DNA from: Polyangiaceae bacterium
Lineage (GTDB): Bacteria; Myxococcota_A; Polyangia; Polyangiales; Polyangiaceae
Reading direction: 5' to 3'
Assembly (NCBI GenBank): GCA_035063585.1
Contig: JAPSGB010000005.1
Span: forward strand, 64,001-128,000
DNA length: 64,000 nucleotides
Shown here: positions 1 to 9,633 of the stretch, piece by piece
How positions within the stretch are numbered: position 1 is the stretch's first letter
Layout of the letters: each line of letters begins with the position of its first letter
Position numbers and translations under genes: made by a program
Notes under the pieces: generated by a model
What the model saw: the letters and a program-made list of their open reading frames with translations, nothing else
What the model was told of the DNA's origin: nothing
Databases searched by the model: none

Positions 1-2403
1 CGGGCTGGTGACCGCGTAGGTTGCTCCTCCGCCTGCCGCCGAGCAGTAGTTCTGCTCGAGGTTCCAGGCGTTGCCCGCGTCAGTGAAGAAGACCCCGCGG
101 ATCCCGACCTTGTCGAGGATCGGGAACTCGAGCTCGAGGTTCTGGTAGTACATGAGGTTACCGCCGATGTTGGCGCCGTCGAGGATGGGCGCGCTGTTCG
201 GATCGGTGGTCCCCGTGAGCGGCATGCGCGGCCCGATGGTGCGGAAGCGGTACCCGCGCACGTCGAGGATGCCTCCGAGGAAGAAGCGCGCGAAGATCGG
301 CACGCCCTCGCTGTTCGGGCTGGTGACGACGCCGGCTTCGGTGTTGAGCTTGGCGACGAAGCCCGCGCCGAGCGGGTAGTAGAAGCGCCCCGTGAAGCGG
401 TGACGGAGAAACTCGTTCTCCGACGCGAACACCGTGCTCGCGAGCTCGCTCGAGCCGCGCAGGTAGATGCCGCTGGTCGGGAAGAGCCGGTTGTCTCGGG
501 TATCGTAGGTGAGAGCCGGCCGGACGCTGGAGGTGACGCCGTCGTTGAACAGGTTGGCGAGCGGTAGCCGCGTGAACACGCTGACCGCGCTCGAGGTGCC
601 GAGGAAGGTCGAGGTGGTCTGGGTCGAGACCTTGTCGAGCTCGGCGGTGTAGGTTACCGACGCCACCAGCTCCGGGCTGATGAGCGGGTAGCCGAAGGTG
701 AGTGCTCCACCCAGGCTCGACTGCGAGAAGTCGTTGTAGATGCGGAGCTGGTCGAACAAATCGACGCTCATGCTGAACTCGCTGTCGAGGAAGTACGGTT
801 CGAAGAAGCGCACGTCCACCAGCTGCCGGAGCCCGCTCACCTGCGCCTGGAGGCTCAGGCTCTGGCCGTTACCGAACAGGTTTGCCTGCTGCACCTGCGC
901 GGTGGCGATGAAGTTCTCGATGCTGGAGAAACCAGCGCCGACTTGGAAGGTGCCGGTCGGGCGCTCGGTGACCTCGACGTAGAGGTTCATTCGATCCGGC
1001 GCCGAGCCCTCCTCGGTCCCGATGTCGACACGCTCGAAGTAGCCGAGCGCAGTGATACGGCGGCGCGATTTCTCGAGCAGCGTCTTGTTGAAGGGGTCCC
1101 CCTCCGCGATCTCCATCTCGCGACGGATCACCTTGTCACGGGTCTTGCTGTTGCCGCGCACCTCGATGCGCTCGAAGTGCACCAGCGGCCCGCGTGCGAC
1201 GGGGACCACGATGTCGACCTCGGCGGTCTCCGGGTTCAGACGCGTCTCGGGGTTGGCGTCGACGTTGGCGAACCCGTGGTCTTGATAGAGCGTCTTCACG
1301 GCTTCGAGGTCCTCGAGGAGCTCGGCGCGATTGAAGTAGTCCCCGCTCCTCGCGCGCACCATGTTGCGGAGGTTCCGCCGTCCGTCGATGGGCTCCACCT
1401 CCTCGCCGCTCGCCCCACGCTCGAATATGCGAAGCTGACGGATCTTGTAGCGCGGGCCCTCGTCGATGGTGATGGTGATCTCGATGCCGTTCTTGTCGGG
1501 CGTGAGCATCACCCGCGGCGTCATGATCTGGACCGACAAGAAACCCCGATCGTAATAGAGCGCGCTCAACATCGCGATGTCGCGCTCGAAGGCGTCTTGA
1601 CGGAACGGCCCGCCGGAACCGAAGGCGAAGAAGCCCGCGTTACCGGTGAACATGATCTCCCGGAGCTCGTCAGAGGATACGTGTTGGTTGCCGATGAAGG
1701 TGACGCGCCGGACGCTCACCTGGCTGTGCTCGGTGATCTTGAACCTTACCGCGACCTCGTTGTTCTTCCGCGCGATGACCTCGCTCTTTACCTCCGCGAG
1801 GAAATAACCCTTCTCCGCGTACATATCGCGGATCTTCTGCACGCTCCGGCGCACCGCCGGATAGGAAAGCACGGTGTTGGTCTTCGACTCGATGCCCCCC
1901 GAGAGATCTTCGGTGTCGATGGAGCCGTTGCCCTCGAAGAGCACCTCGCTCACGTTGGGGCGCTCGCGCACGAGAAAGCGGAGCGCGACGCCTTCCTCGC
2001 GCTGCTCCAGATCGACCTCGATGTCATCGAAGAAGCCGCTGTTCCACAGCTCTCGTACGTCCTCCGAGAGGGCCTCTGGGGCGAACGCCTGTCCGACCCG
2101 CTCGCGCAGGTAGGTGAGGACATCATCCTTGGCGACGCGGCGGTTCCCTGCGACGTCGATGTCGACGATGGGGAGCCCGCGCGCCTTCTCGGCCTCGGAC
2201 TTCGGCACCTCCGCCGCGCTCGGAGGCGTGGCCGGGAGCGGCTGGGCGTGCTCGCTCCCGGGGCCCGCCGGCGCGGTTGGCTCGTCGCCCGCGGGCGGCG
2301 CGTCGGCGCGCGGCTGCGCGGCGCCGGTCAGCGCGACGAGCAGGCTCGCGACGAGCGCCAGCCAGCGCGGAAGGCGACGAGCGGCTGGAAGGGCGGCGAG
2401 CAT
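1..2403 (-). CDS. bamA: Outer membrane protein assembly factor BamA (3' end runs off the window)
   Basis: Not in the ORF track; translated by hand from ATG 2403. Signal peptide, POTRA-like segments (IVDIDVAGNRRV, IEVRGNSKTRDKVIRRE), barrel motifs (ERPTGTFQVGAGFSS, FFLGGILDVRGY). Confidence 0.93.
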   Translation of the reverse strand, partial: MLAALPAARRLPRWLALVASLLVALTGAAQPRADAPPAGDEPTAPAGPGSEHAQPLPATPPSAAEVPKSEAEKARGLPIVDIDVAGNRRVAKDDVLTYLRERVGQAFAPEALSEDVRELWNSGFFDDIEVDLEQREEGVALRFLVRERPNVSEVLFEGNGSIDTEDLSGGIESKTNTVLSYPAVRRSVQKIRDMYAEKGYFLAEVKSEVIARKNNEVAVRFKITEHSQVSVRRVTFIGNQHVSSDELREIMFTGNAGFFAFGSGGPFRQDAFERDIAMLSALYYDRGFLSVQIMTPRVMLTPDKNGIEITITIDEGPRYKIRQLRIFERGASGEEVEPIDGRRNLRNMVRARSGDYFNRAELLEDLEAVKTLYQDHGFANVDANPETRLNPETAEVDIVVPVARGPLVHFERIEVRGNSKTRDKVIRREMEIAEGDPFNKTLLEKSRRRITALGYFERVDIGTEEGSAPDRMNLYVEVTERPTGTFQVGAGFSSIENFIATAQVQQANLFGNGQSLSLQAQVSGLRQLVDVRFFEPYFLDSEFSMSVDLFDQLRIYNDFSQSSLGGALTFGYPLISPELVASVTYTAELDKVSTQTTSTFLGTSSAVSVFTRLPLANLFNDGVTSSVRPALTYDTRDNRLFPTSGIYLRGSSELASTVFASENEFLRHRFTGRFYYPLGAGFVAKLNTEAGVVTSPNSEGVPIFARFFLGGILDVRGYRFRTIGPRMPLTGTTDPNSAPILDGANIGGNLMYYQNLELEFPILDKVGIRGVFFTDAGNAWNLEQNYCSAAGGGATYAVTSP

Positions 2404-2592
2404 CGAGGGAAGGAGCGGCTGGGCGGACCGGAAGAATCCAGCGGCGCGGGCCTGCGTACCACATCCCGCCCGACGATGGCTCGCAGAATGCTGCTGGCCC
2501 CGCCGCCGGCCACGCCGCGCAAGCCAAGGAAACTACGCCGGTTTATCTCGGAGGGACGGGGTGAGGTGGGCGGTCCGCCGAGGGCAGAGGGG

Positions 2593-2613
2593 GCGGCCCC
2601 GGCGCGGGGCCGC
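2593..2613 (-). terminator. GC-rich hairpin downstream of the sigma54 activator gene
   Basis: GCGGCCCCG/CGGGGCCGC stem with a 3-nt loop; no clear T-tract. Confidence 0.3.
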
Positions 2614-2670
2614 TCGGGAGCGGTGATTCGGCGCGACCGGGCCGGGCCGCGGCTCGTGCCCGGCGCTCGC

Positions 2671-4068
2671 TCAGCGGTAATCCTCGACGTCGATCCCGTA
2701 CCGCTTCATCCAGCGGTGGATCTGCATGCGCGCCTTGCCGAGCTCGCGGCCCACCGCCGCGACGTTGCCGGAGTGCGCGTCGAGGAGCGCCTGGAGCTCT
2801 TCGCGCGAAGGCGGCCCTCCGGGCGCGCCGGCGGGGCTCCGCGCGCTCGCGGCCGGCTCGGGGCGCGCGGGCGCGCTCGCCTGGCCGTACTCGCTCATCT
2901 CCGCGCGCACCGGATCCGGCAGCAGCTCGACGTCGAGGAGGGGGCCGTTCGCGAGCGCGAGCGCCCGCTTGATGCAGGCCTCGAGCTCCCGCACGTTGTA
3001 GGGCCAGTCGTAGTGGAGGAGCCCGGTCATGAACGGAAAGGAGAGGCCGAGCTCGGGCCGCCCGTGCCGGGCGAGGAACGCGCGCGCGAGCATGAAGACG
3101 TCCTCCTTCCGCTCTCGGAGCGGAGGCAGCCGGAGCTGATACTCGTTGAGGCGCGCGAACAGATCCTCGCGGAACGTGCCGGCCTTCTGCAGCCTCCAGA
3201 GATCGCGGTGTGTCGCGCACACCACGCGCACGTCGACTCGCTCGGGCTGGGTGGCGCCGAGCGGAAAGACCTCCTTGCTCTGCAAGACGCGGAGGAGCTT
3301 CGCCTGCGCCTCGAGCGGCATGTCGCCGATCTCGTCGAGCAGGAGCGTCCCCTCGTGCGCGGTGCGGATGAGCCCCGGCTTGTCGCGCTCCGCGCCCGAG
3401 AAGGCGCCGCGCTTGTAGCCGAAGAGCTCGCTCTCGATGAGGTTCGCCGGGATCGCGGCGCAGTTTACCGCGGCGAAATGCCCGCGCCGCCCGCTCTTCC
3501 GATGGAGCTCGCTGGCGACCACCTCCTTGCCGGTACCGCTCTCACCGAGCAGCATGACGGTGAGGGCGGTCGGCGCGATGCGTTCGAGATCGGCGGCGAT
3601 GCTATCCATCGTGGAGCCGCCGACCAGCGCGCTACCGGTCGCCCGGCGCGTCGCATCGCCGAGCATGGCGCCGTCGATGCGGTAGCTCGCGTACTCGTCG
3701 ATGTGGCGATCGACGAACTTCAGGATCGCGTCGCCGACGCGAAGCTCGCTGGTCGGCTCGAGCTCGCACTCGTGCACCGGGTGGCCGTCGACCAGGGTCC
3801 CATTGCGGCTGCCCAGGTCGCGCACCAGCCAGCGACCCTGCGAGAGCACGAGCTCAGCGTGGGTCCGGCTCACCGCCTTCACCGGGAGCGGGAGCGTCGC
3901 GCTCTCGTCACGGCCGATGACCACGCGGGGCGAGGTGAGCGGCCACGCGGCGGGCAGGGCGCCGTACTCCTCGGCGTAGAGCAGCACGAGGCCGGCGTGC
4001 GAGCCCGCGCCCTCCCGCCCGGGGCCGTCCCCGAACTGCTGCATGGCTCCGGTGGTCTTGTCCGACAT
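2671..4068 (-). CDS. FHA-domain sigma54-dependent transcriptional activator (bEBP, Fis-type HTH)
   Basis: FHA motifs (IGR, SRTH, SRNGT), Walker A GESGTGKE, GAFSGA, Walker B LLLDEIGD, C-terminal HTH. Start ATG 4068 inferred. Confidence 0.92.
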   Translation of the reverse strand: MSDKTTGAMQQFGDGPGREGAGSHAGLVLLYAEEYGALPAAWPLTSPRVVIGRDESATLPLPVKAVSRTHAELVLSQGRWLVRDLGSRNGTLVDGHPVHECELEPTSELRVGDAILKFVDRHIDEYASYRIDGAMLGDATRRATGSALVGGSTMDSIAADLERIAPTALTVMLLGESGTGKEVVASELHRKSGRRGHFAAVNCAAIPANLIESELFGYKRGAFSGAERDKPGLIRTAHEGTLLLDEIGDMPLEAQAKLLRVLQSKEVFPLGATQPERVDVRVVCATHRDLWRLQKAGTFREDLFARLNEYQLRLPPLRERKEDVFMLARAFLARHGRPELGLSFPFMTGLLHYDWPYNVRELEACIKRALALANGPLLDVELLPDPVRAEMSEYGQASAPARPEPAASARSPAGAPGGPPSREELQALLDAHSGNVAAVGRELGKARMQIHRWMKRYGIDVEDYR

Positions 4069-4211
4069 CGAGGCTCTCGACCAGCGTACCGAGGGCGCTC
4101 GCACGAAGCCAGAGGCCACGGCGCGTTTCCTCGCCTTCGGCGCTATGCTCCGGGCTCGTGGAGCGGCTCTCGGCGCGCGAGCCCCGAGCGCTCCCATGAC
4201 AGGAGCCGTCG

Positions 4212-5033
4212 ATGAGCGAGAGCGTGATCCGCGTGGCCGCCGCGCAGATGAACTGTCAGGACGACGTAGCCGCGAACCTCGGCGTCGCGTCGGAGCTGGT
4301 GAGTGAGGCCGCGCGCCGCGGCGCAAGGCTCGTGCTCCTGCCGGAGAATTTCGCCTTCCTCGGGCCCGAGCCGGAGCGGCGCGCGCTCGCCGAGCGGCTC
4401 GGCGACGAGCGCGCCCCCATTCAGGAGGCGCTCGCTCGGATGGCGCGGAGCGCTCGGCTCACCGTGATCGCGGGCGGGTTTCCCGAGCGGAGCGATGACC
4501 CCGAGCGCCCTTACAACACCTGTCTCGTGCTCGGTCCGGACGGCGAGCGCGTCGCCGCGTACCGTAAGATCCACCTCTTCGACGTCGCGCTCCCCGACGG
4601 CACCAAGTTCGAGGAGTCCTCTGCCACGAGCCCGGGCAGTAAGCCGGTGGTCGCCGACGTGGGTGGCTTCAAGGTCGGGCTGAGCATCTGTTACGATCTG
4701 CGCTTCCCTGAGCTCTACCGTAGTCTGGTGGATGGCGGCGCGGAGCTCCTGGTGGTCCCCGCGGCGTTCACCCTCACCACCGGCAAGGACCACTGGCACG
4801 TGCTGCTCCGCGCGCGCGCCATCGAGTCACAGTGCTGGGTGATCGCCGCGGCGCAGTGGGGGCGCCATCCGCGCGGGCGCGCCAGTTACGGGCATGCGCT
4901 CATCGCAGATCCGTGGGGACAGATCGTCGCCGAGTGCTCGGACCGCGTGGGGCTCGTGGTGGCCGACCTCGATCGCGACTACCTCGACCGCGTCCGCGCG
5001 AGCCTCCCGAGCCTCGCGCACCGCGTGCTCTGA
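4212..5033 (+). CDS. Carbon-nitrogen hydrolase (Nit1-like amidase)
   Basis: Catalytic triad contexts LPENF, YRKIHLFD, ICYDLRFPE; LLRARAIE. Confidence 0.92.
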   Translation: MSESVIRVAAAQMNCQDDVAANLGVASELVSEAARRGARLVLLPENFAFLGPEPERRALAERLGDERAPIQEALARMARSARLTVIAGGFPERSDDPERPYNTCLVLGPDGERVAAYRKIHLFDVALPDGTKFEESSATSPGSKPVVADVGGFKVGLSICYDLRFPELYRSLVDGGAELLVVPAAFTLTTGKDHWHVLLRARAIESQCWVIAAAQWGRHPRGRASYGHALIADPWGQIVAECSDRVGLVVADLDRDYLDRVRASLPSLAHRVL

Positions 5034-5100
5034 CGCGGCGCCGCCCGCTCGTCGCACGGAAGGGGATGGCGGCCCGGCGCGGAACCGCGCGCCGCGAGCG

Positions 5101-6096
5101 TCAGAGGTGACGGCGCGCGATCTCGGTCCAGGTCCCCGCCGGCTCGAGGTGGATGTAGCTCTTCCAGAAGGGGCGCGCCTTCTGGGGCTCGCCCACCTGC
5201 TCATAGGCCATGGCCAGGTTGAAGTACGCGTCCGAGAACTTCGGATCCGCCTCGATGGCACCGTGGAAGAGCGGGATGGCGACGTCCGGCTTCCCCCGCT
5301 CGAGCATCACGTAGCCGAGGTTATACTGAGCCTCCGGCTGGTGCGTGTCGATCTCGAGCGCCTTCTGGTAGAGCGCCTCGGCTCCCTCGACGTCATGACG
5401 TCGAAAGCGGATGTTGCCGATGTTCGTGTAGGCGATGGCGAGCCACGGGTCGAGCGCCACCGCGCGCCGATAGAGCTGCTCGGCCTCGTCCATGGTGGCG
5501 GGCTCTTCGTCGAGCGCGCTCGCCTGGAGATAGAGCTCGTACGCCGTGCGCGCGCGCTCGCGGCCGGCCGACGGCCTGAGCACCCGCACCACGTCGTCAC
5601 GGAGCGTCTTCACGTCGAAATCGAGCACGAGCTGGCCGGTCAGCGGCTCGTAGGCGTTCCCGTGGCCCTGCACCACGACCCGCTGGCCATCTGACACCAC
5701 GCGGAGCTCGACCAGCGGGCGCGTCACCTTTGGCAGCGAGCTCTTCAGCCTCGACACCGCGCGCGTCACGTCACGGAGCCGGATCTGCTGATCGAGGAGC
5801 GATTTCGCGGTGCGGAGCGCGATGAGATCGCTGAACGTGTACGCGCGCCGCCCCCGCCGGCGGCCGGTCGGCGAGACCACTCCGGCGCGGTCGAGCGTGC
5901 GCAGTCGCGTCGGGGTGATGTGGAGCAAGCGCGCGATCTCGTTGCGAGTGAACAGATCGGTGAGCGGCTCGCGCGTGGACGGCGCGTCCGCCTCGGCGTC
6001 CTTCGCGAGCGTCGCCGCCTCGTCTTGGATTCGTCCGCCGCCGGGTCCAAAAACGACGCGGATGATCTTCTCGTCGCGGTGCTTCTTGCGACTCAT
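5101..6096 (-). CDS. MerR-type HTH plus TPR repeat protein
   Basis: FTRNEIARLLHITPTRLRTLDRAGVVSP...RAYTFSDL (MerR-like HTH), then TPRs (AYTNIG, AQYNLG, AYFNLA). Start ATG 6096 inferred. Confidence 0.82.
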   Translation of the reverse strand: MSRKKHRDEKIIRVVFGPGGGRIQDEAATLAKDAEADAPSTREPLTDLFTRNEIARLLHITPTRLRTLDRAGVVSPTGRRRGRRAYTFSDLIALRTAKSLLDQQIRLRDVTRAVSRLKSSLPKVTRPLVELRVVSDGQRVVVQGHGNAYEPLTGQLVLDFDVKTLRDDVVRVLRPSAGRERARTAYELYLQASALDEEPATMDEAEQLYRRAVALDPWLAIAYTNIGNIRFRRHDVEGAEALYQKALEIDTHQPEAQYNLGYVMLERGKPDVAIPLFHGAIEADPKFSDAYFNLAMAYEQVGEPQKARPFWKSYIHLEPAGTWTEIARRHL

Positions 6097-6287
6097 TGCT
6101 CTCGGCGCTGCCACACGAACACGGGTCTCGTTTCCTTCCTCGACCGTTTCTTCCGCACACGCGCCGCTGTCAAGCGTCCCGCGACCAGTTCGCGCGCTAC
6201 GCGCTGGTTTGACGCGATCTCCGCGCGCGCGGACCGCGCGCGGAGCGCAACCAAAACGGGGCTTGACGATCGAAGAAGTGGGAGTCG

Positions 6288-6740
6288 TCACGAGCGATGA
6301 CGTCGCGCGACCACGCGAGCGCGCGTGCGCGCTTGCACCTCGACGTCGATGCGGATGCCGCGCGACTCGGCGCGGACCGAGAGCTCGGCGTCGACTCGCC
6401 CGAGCGTGTCCTCGGATCGGACTTGCGCCTCGAGGCACGCCACGCGCACCGCGCGGAGCCGGACGTGAGGATCGACGACGAGGAGACGCTGGAGGAGCGC
6501 GACCTGATCGTCGGGCACCGGACCGCCTCGTGAGCTCACCATGAAGAGGATGCTCGTCGAGCCGTAGTACACGCGGCCGTCGGCTTCGTCGCGAAGCGCG
6601 CCCTCGCTCATGACGTCGGCGTGCGCGAAGAGCTCGCGCCATCGATGGTCGGCGCCTTGTAGGAGCTCGACCGTGCGCGTGCGCACCCAGGGCGCGCTTC
6701 GAGTCTTCGCCAGGCCGGGGCGACGAGGCTTTGCGGGCAC
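6288..6740 (-). CDS. Hypothetical protein
   Basis: 150-aa ORF with protein-like composition that fills the gap; GTG start uncertain. Confidence 0.6.
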   Translation of the reverse strand: MPAKPRRPGLAKTRSAPWVRTRTVELLQGADHRWRELFAHADVMSEGALRDEADGRVYYGSTSILFMVSSRGGPVPDDQVALLQRLLVVDPHVRLRAVRVACLEAQVRSEDTLGRVDAELSVRAESRGIRIDVEVQARTRARVVARRHRS

Positions 6741-6855
6741 CCGGAGATCGTAAGATGGTCGCGCGAGCCGGATGAACTATTCGGCCAGCGAGCCTCGACG
6801 GCCGTCTAGATTCTTGCCCGGCGCTCGCTGCTCTTGTCACGCTGAGCGGACCGCC

Positions 6856-7197
6856 ATGGCAGATGAGGTTTCCGAGTACGGTGGGCCGGAGCGTCGGCGC
6901 CATCGCGTATGCATCACCCGCAACACCGAGTATCACTTCCGCGACGGCGTCTGCGTCGCGGTCCGCGACCGCGCGACCGGGCGCTGGCTCGGCTCCCACC
7001 TCGCCCTCGAGCGTAAGGTGAGCAGCGGGGTGCGGTTTCTCGAGAACGGTGCGGCCGTGCCCTCGCTGGAGGGCCCGACCGTGGGCGAGGCCCTCTACTT
7101 CGGGGAGGGCGGCCAGGAGCTCGTCACGAGCTTGCTGACCTCGGTCGAGCGGCCGGAGCGGAGCGTGGTCGCCCGCTATGCCGGGCAGCGTCCCTGA
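6856..7197 (+). CDS. Hypothetical protein (ERRRHR...TRNTEYH)
   Basis: Globular-looking 113-aa ORF from ATG 6856. Confidence 0.72.
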   Translation: MADEVSEYGGPERRRHRVCITRNTEYHFRDGVCVAVRDRATGRWLGSHLALERKVSSGVRFLENGAAVPSLEGPTVGEALYFGEGGQELVTSLLTSVERPERSVVARYAGQRP

Positions 7198-7377
7198 GCT
7201 GGCCCGCGAAGTTGTTGAACCAGTTGGGCGCTCGGTGGCCGAGGTGCGGTCGCTACGCACCTGGCCGCGTACCGCGGTTCGCGCACGCTCGGCTCTTTCC
7301 TGCGGTAAACGGGGAATTCCGCGCGTATTCGGCGGGCGTGCGGCTCGGCATCCTTCTTGGATCAGGGGCCGCCGAAC

Positions 7378-7563
7378 ATGGCGCTCATCAGCGACACGAC
7401 TCCGAACCCCCGCGATCCGCGTGCTGTGGGGATCCTGGCGAAGAGCATCTACCGTGAGCTTCGCGCGACTGGCTTTAGCGAGCAGGACGTGCTGGCGCTC
7501 GCGGGCGAGCTGCTGTCTCTCGTGACGACCGACGTAAAGAGCGGCAGGGACCAGGTCGGCTGA
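7378..7563 (+). CDS. Small helical hypothetical protein (61 aa)
   Basis: Amphipathic ILAKSIYRELRATGFSEQDVLALAGELLSLV; AGGGG upstream of the ATG. Confidence 0.7.
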   Translation: MALISDTTPNPRDPRAVGILAKSIYRELRATGFSEQDVLALAGELLSLVTTDVKSGRDQVG

Positions 7564-7699
7564 CGCCCTCCATCGCGCGCGGACGGTGCGATGCCTCGAG
7601 TGGCGCCGCGCCGCCGGCCGCGCCGATGACAAATGGCATGGAAGCACCCGCTTCGCGGAGCGAGGGGGCCTGCCTGAACGCTGCAGCTGATGCAATCGG

Positions 7700-7729
7700 T
7701 TGACAGCGGTCGCCGACTTTCGCGAAAAT
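7700..7729 (+). promoter_or_regulatory. Putative sigma70 promoter of the FHA-CpaF gene
   Basis: TTGACA-N18-GAAAAT, overlapping the palindrome TTTCGCGAAA (7718-7727). Confidence 0.4.
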
Positions 7730-7775
7730 CCGGACCGAGTCGGAAGTGGTCTCGCCCCTGAAGCACAGCGACCTC

Positions 7776-9614
7776 GTGTTCACCGTCGTCATCAGCGAGA
7801 AGGGGGGGGCGGAGCGGCGCGAGGTCTTCGATCGGCCCGAGATCACCGTCGGGCGCGTACAGGGCAACGATCTCACGCTTCCGAAGGGCAACGTGTCCAA
7901 GCGGCACGCTCGCCTGCTGTTTCGGGACGGGCGGTTCATCGTCACCGACATGAACAGCACGAACGGAACGTACGTGAATCGCCGGCGAATTTCGCAGGCG
8001 ACCATCGTGCGGGAGGGCGACCGGATCTACGTCGGGGACTTCGTGCTCCGCATCGAGCTCCCGGACGGCGTCGAGGGAGCGGCGCCGGCGGACGTGTCCT
8101 CGGCGGGCATGGAGCCGGTGGAGGTTCCGCCGTCGTCCGTGCGGGCCGAGCCGCTCGTGTCGGCTCAGCCGGCGGAGAGCGACGTCGCGCCGGTGTTGCC
8201 CAAGGTGCCGGGGCCGCCGCGGATGCCCGCGGTCACACCGAGGGCCGAGTCCATCCCCGATGGGGTGGCCGTCACGCCGCTCCGGCACAGCCTCGACGAG
8301 CGCTCGCGAGCGACGGCCGACTCGCTCCAGGTAGCGACCCAGGACTCGCCGCGCCTCGGCGACGGCGCGCTGCGCGCGGCGGCGGTGCTGGTCTGTCAGC
8401 GCGTCGAGCGCTCGCTCGCGCCAGGGGCCCTCGACGACCCGAACCAGCGTGGCGCAGCCGAGGTGCGCCGGCTGGTCGACGAGCAGCTGCGCCAGCTTCG
8501 GAGCTCGGGGGAGGTGCCGCCCGAGCTCGACGACGCCCGCGTCGCGGCGGACGCGCTCGCCGAGCTCCTCGAGCTCGGGGTGCTCGGCCCGCTCCTCGGC
8601 GATCCCGAGGTGACGGCGGTCACTGTCGTCCGGCACGATCGCGTGAACGCGTCACGCTCCGGGCGCCAGATCGTCATCGAGCGAGCGTTCTCGTCCGAGG
8701 ACTCGCTCCGGCGCATCGTTGCCAGGCTCTGCCGGCGAGCAGGCGAGCCGCTCGACGAGCGCGAGACGGTGGTCGAGCGGGTCCTGTCTGACGGGGCGCG
8801 CATGAGCGCCGCGCTCGGGCCGAGCGGATCGGCGAGCGCCTTGCTCGCCATCCGGAGGCCGCGCCGTGCCTCGACGACGCTCGATGAGCTGGTGCGGAGC
8901 GGGACCATCTCCCGCGCGATCGCCACCTTCCTCCAGTACTGCGCGCAGGCGCGAGCGAACCTGCTCATCGTCGGGCCGCGCGATGCGGGCGTCGAGTCGC
9001 TCGCGAGCGCGCTCGCGGCGCTCACCACGGAGTCGCCCGTCATCGCGGTCGAGGAGGCCGGTGGGCTGGTGGCGCCCGCCGCGAACGTCAGCCTGCTCGC
9101 GGTTCGACCAGGCACCGACGCCGATCAGCTGTTGCGGGTGGCCGCGCGCGCGGACCAGGCGCGGCTCGTCGTCGAGCTTGCGAGCGGCGAGCTGGTCGCC
9201 GCGGTGACCGAGATCGTGGGCGATGGCGTCGACGGGCTCATCGCGGTCGCGCGTGCTCCGGGGCTCAGGCGCGCGACCGAGCGGATGACCGCCTCGCTGG
9301 TCGCGACGCGAGGCGGCCTCACCGCGGCCGCGGCTCGGCTGGCGGTCGCGGGGACCTTCGACGTGATCATCGAACTCTGCCGCCTGCGCGACGGACGTCA
9401 GCGCGTGCTGCGGGTCGCCGAGCCGCTCGGCGTCGAGGGGGACGAGCTACGCTTGCGAGACGTCTTCGCCTTCCAGATCGAGCGCACCGCGGCGGGCGGC
9501 GCCGTGGAGGGCAGCTTCGCCGCGCTCGGGGCGGTGCCGCGGTTCGTCGAGGAGATGGCCGCGCGCGGAGTCGTCGTCGAGACGTCGCTCTTCACGCGCC
9601 CCCCCTCGCGGTGA
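7776..9614 (+). CDS. FHA domain fused to a CpaF/TadA-like ATPase fold with degenerate Walker motifs
   Basis: FHA (VGRVQGND, SKRH, STNGT), Pro-rich linker, CpaF-like LGVLGPLLGDPEVT and LSDGARMSA. Start GTG 7776 or 7746. Confidence 0.82.
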   Translation: MFTVVISEKGGAERREVFDRPEITVGRVQGNDLTLPKGNVSKRHARLLFRDGRFIVTDMNSTNGTYVNRRRISQATIVREGDRIYVGDFVLRIELPDGVEGAAPADVSSAGMEPVEVPPSSVRAEPLVSAQPAESDVAPVLPKVPGPPRMPAVTPRAESIPDGVAVTPLRHSLDERSRATADSLQVATQDSPRLGDGALRAAAVLVCQRVERSLAPGALDDPNQRGAAEVRRLVDEQLRQLRSSGEVPPELDDARVAADALAELLELGVLGPLLGDPEVTAVTVVRHDRVNASRSGRQIVIERAFSSEDSLRRIVARLCRRAGEPLDERETVVERVLSDGARMSAALGPSGSASALLAIRRPRRASTTLDELVRSGTISRAIATFLQYCAQARANLLIVGPRDAGVESLASALAALTTESPVIAVEEAGGLVAPAANVSLLAVRPGTDADQLLRVAARADQARLVVELASGELVAAVTEIVGDGVDGLIAVARAPGLRRATERMTASLVATRGGLTAAAARLAVAGTFDVIIELCRLRDGRQRVLRVAEPLGVEGDELRLRDVFAFQIERTAAGGAVEGSFAALGAVPRFVEEMAARGVVVETSLFTRPPSR

Positions 9615-9633
9615 GCGGCGCGCTGGCTCGGGC

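Noticed and set aside
943..4215. 1090-aa plus-strand ORF and similar long ORFs (16687-18024, 21664-23265, 48775-50127, 60351-62702)
   Set aside because: They are antisense shadows of better-supported genes, expected from high-GC codon bias, and carry no motifs.
5101..7695. Long N-terminal extensions in the ORF track (864 aa here; also 24289-27309, 20352-22190, 45584-47569)
   Set aside because: The extensions are Arg/Ala/Pro-rich and overlap other genes; the real starts are internal.
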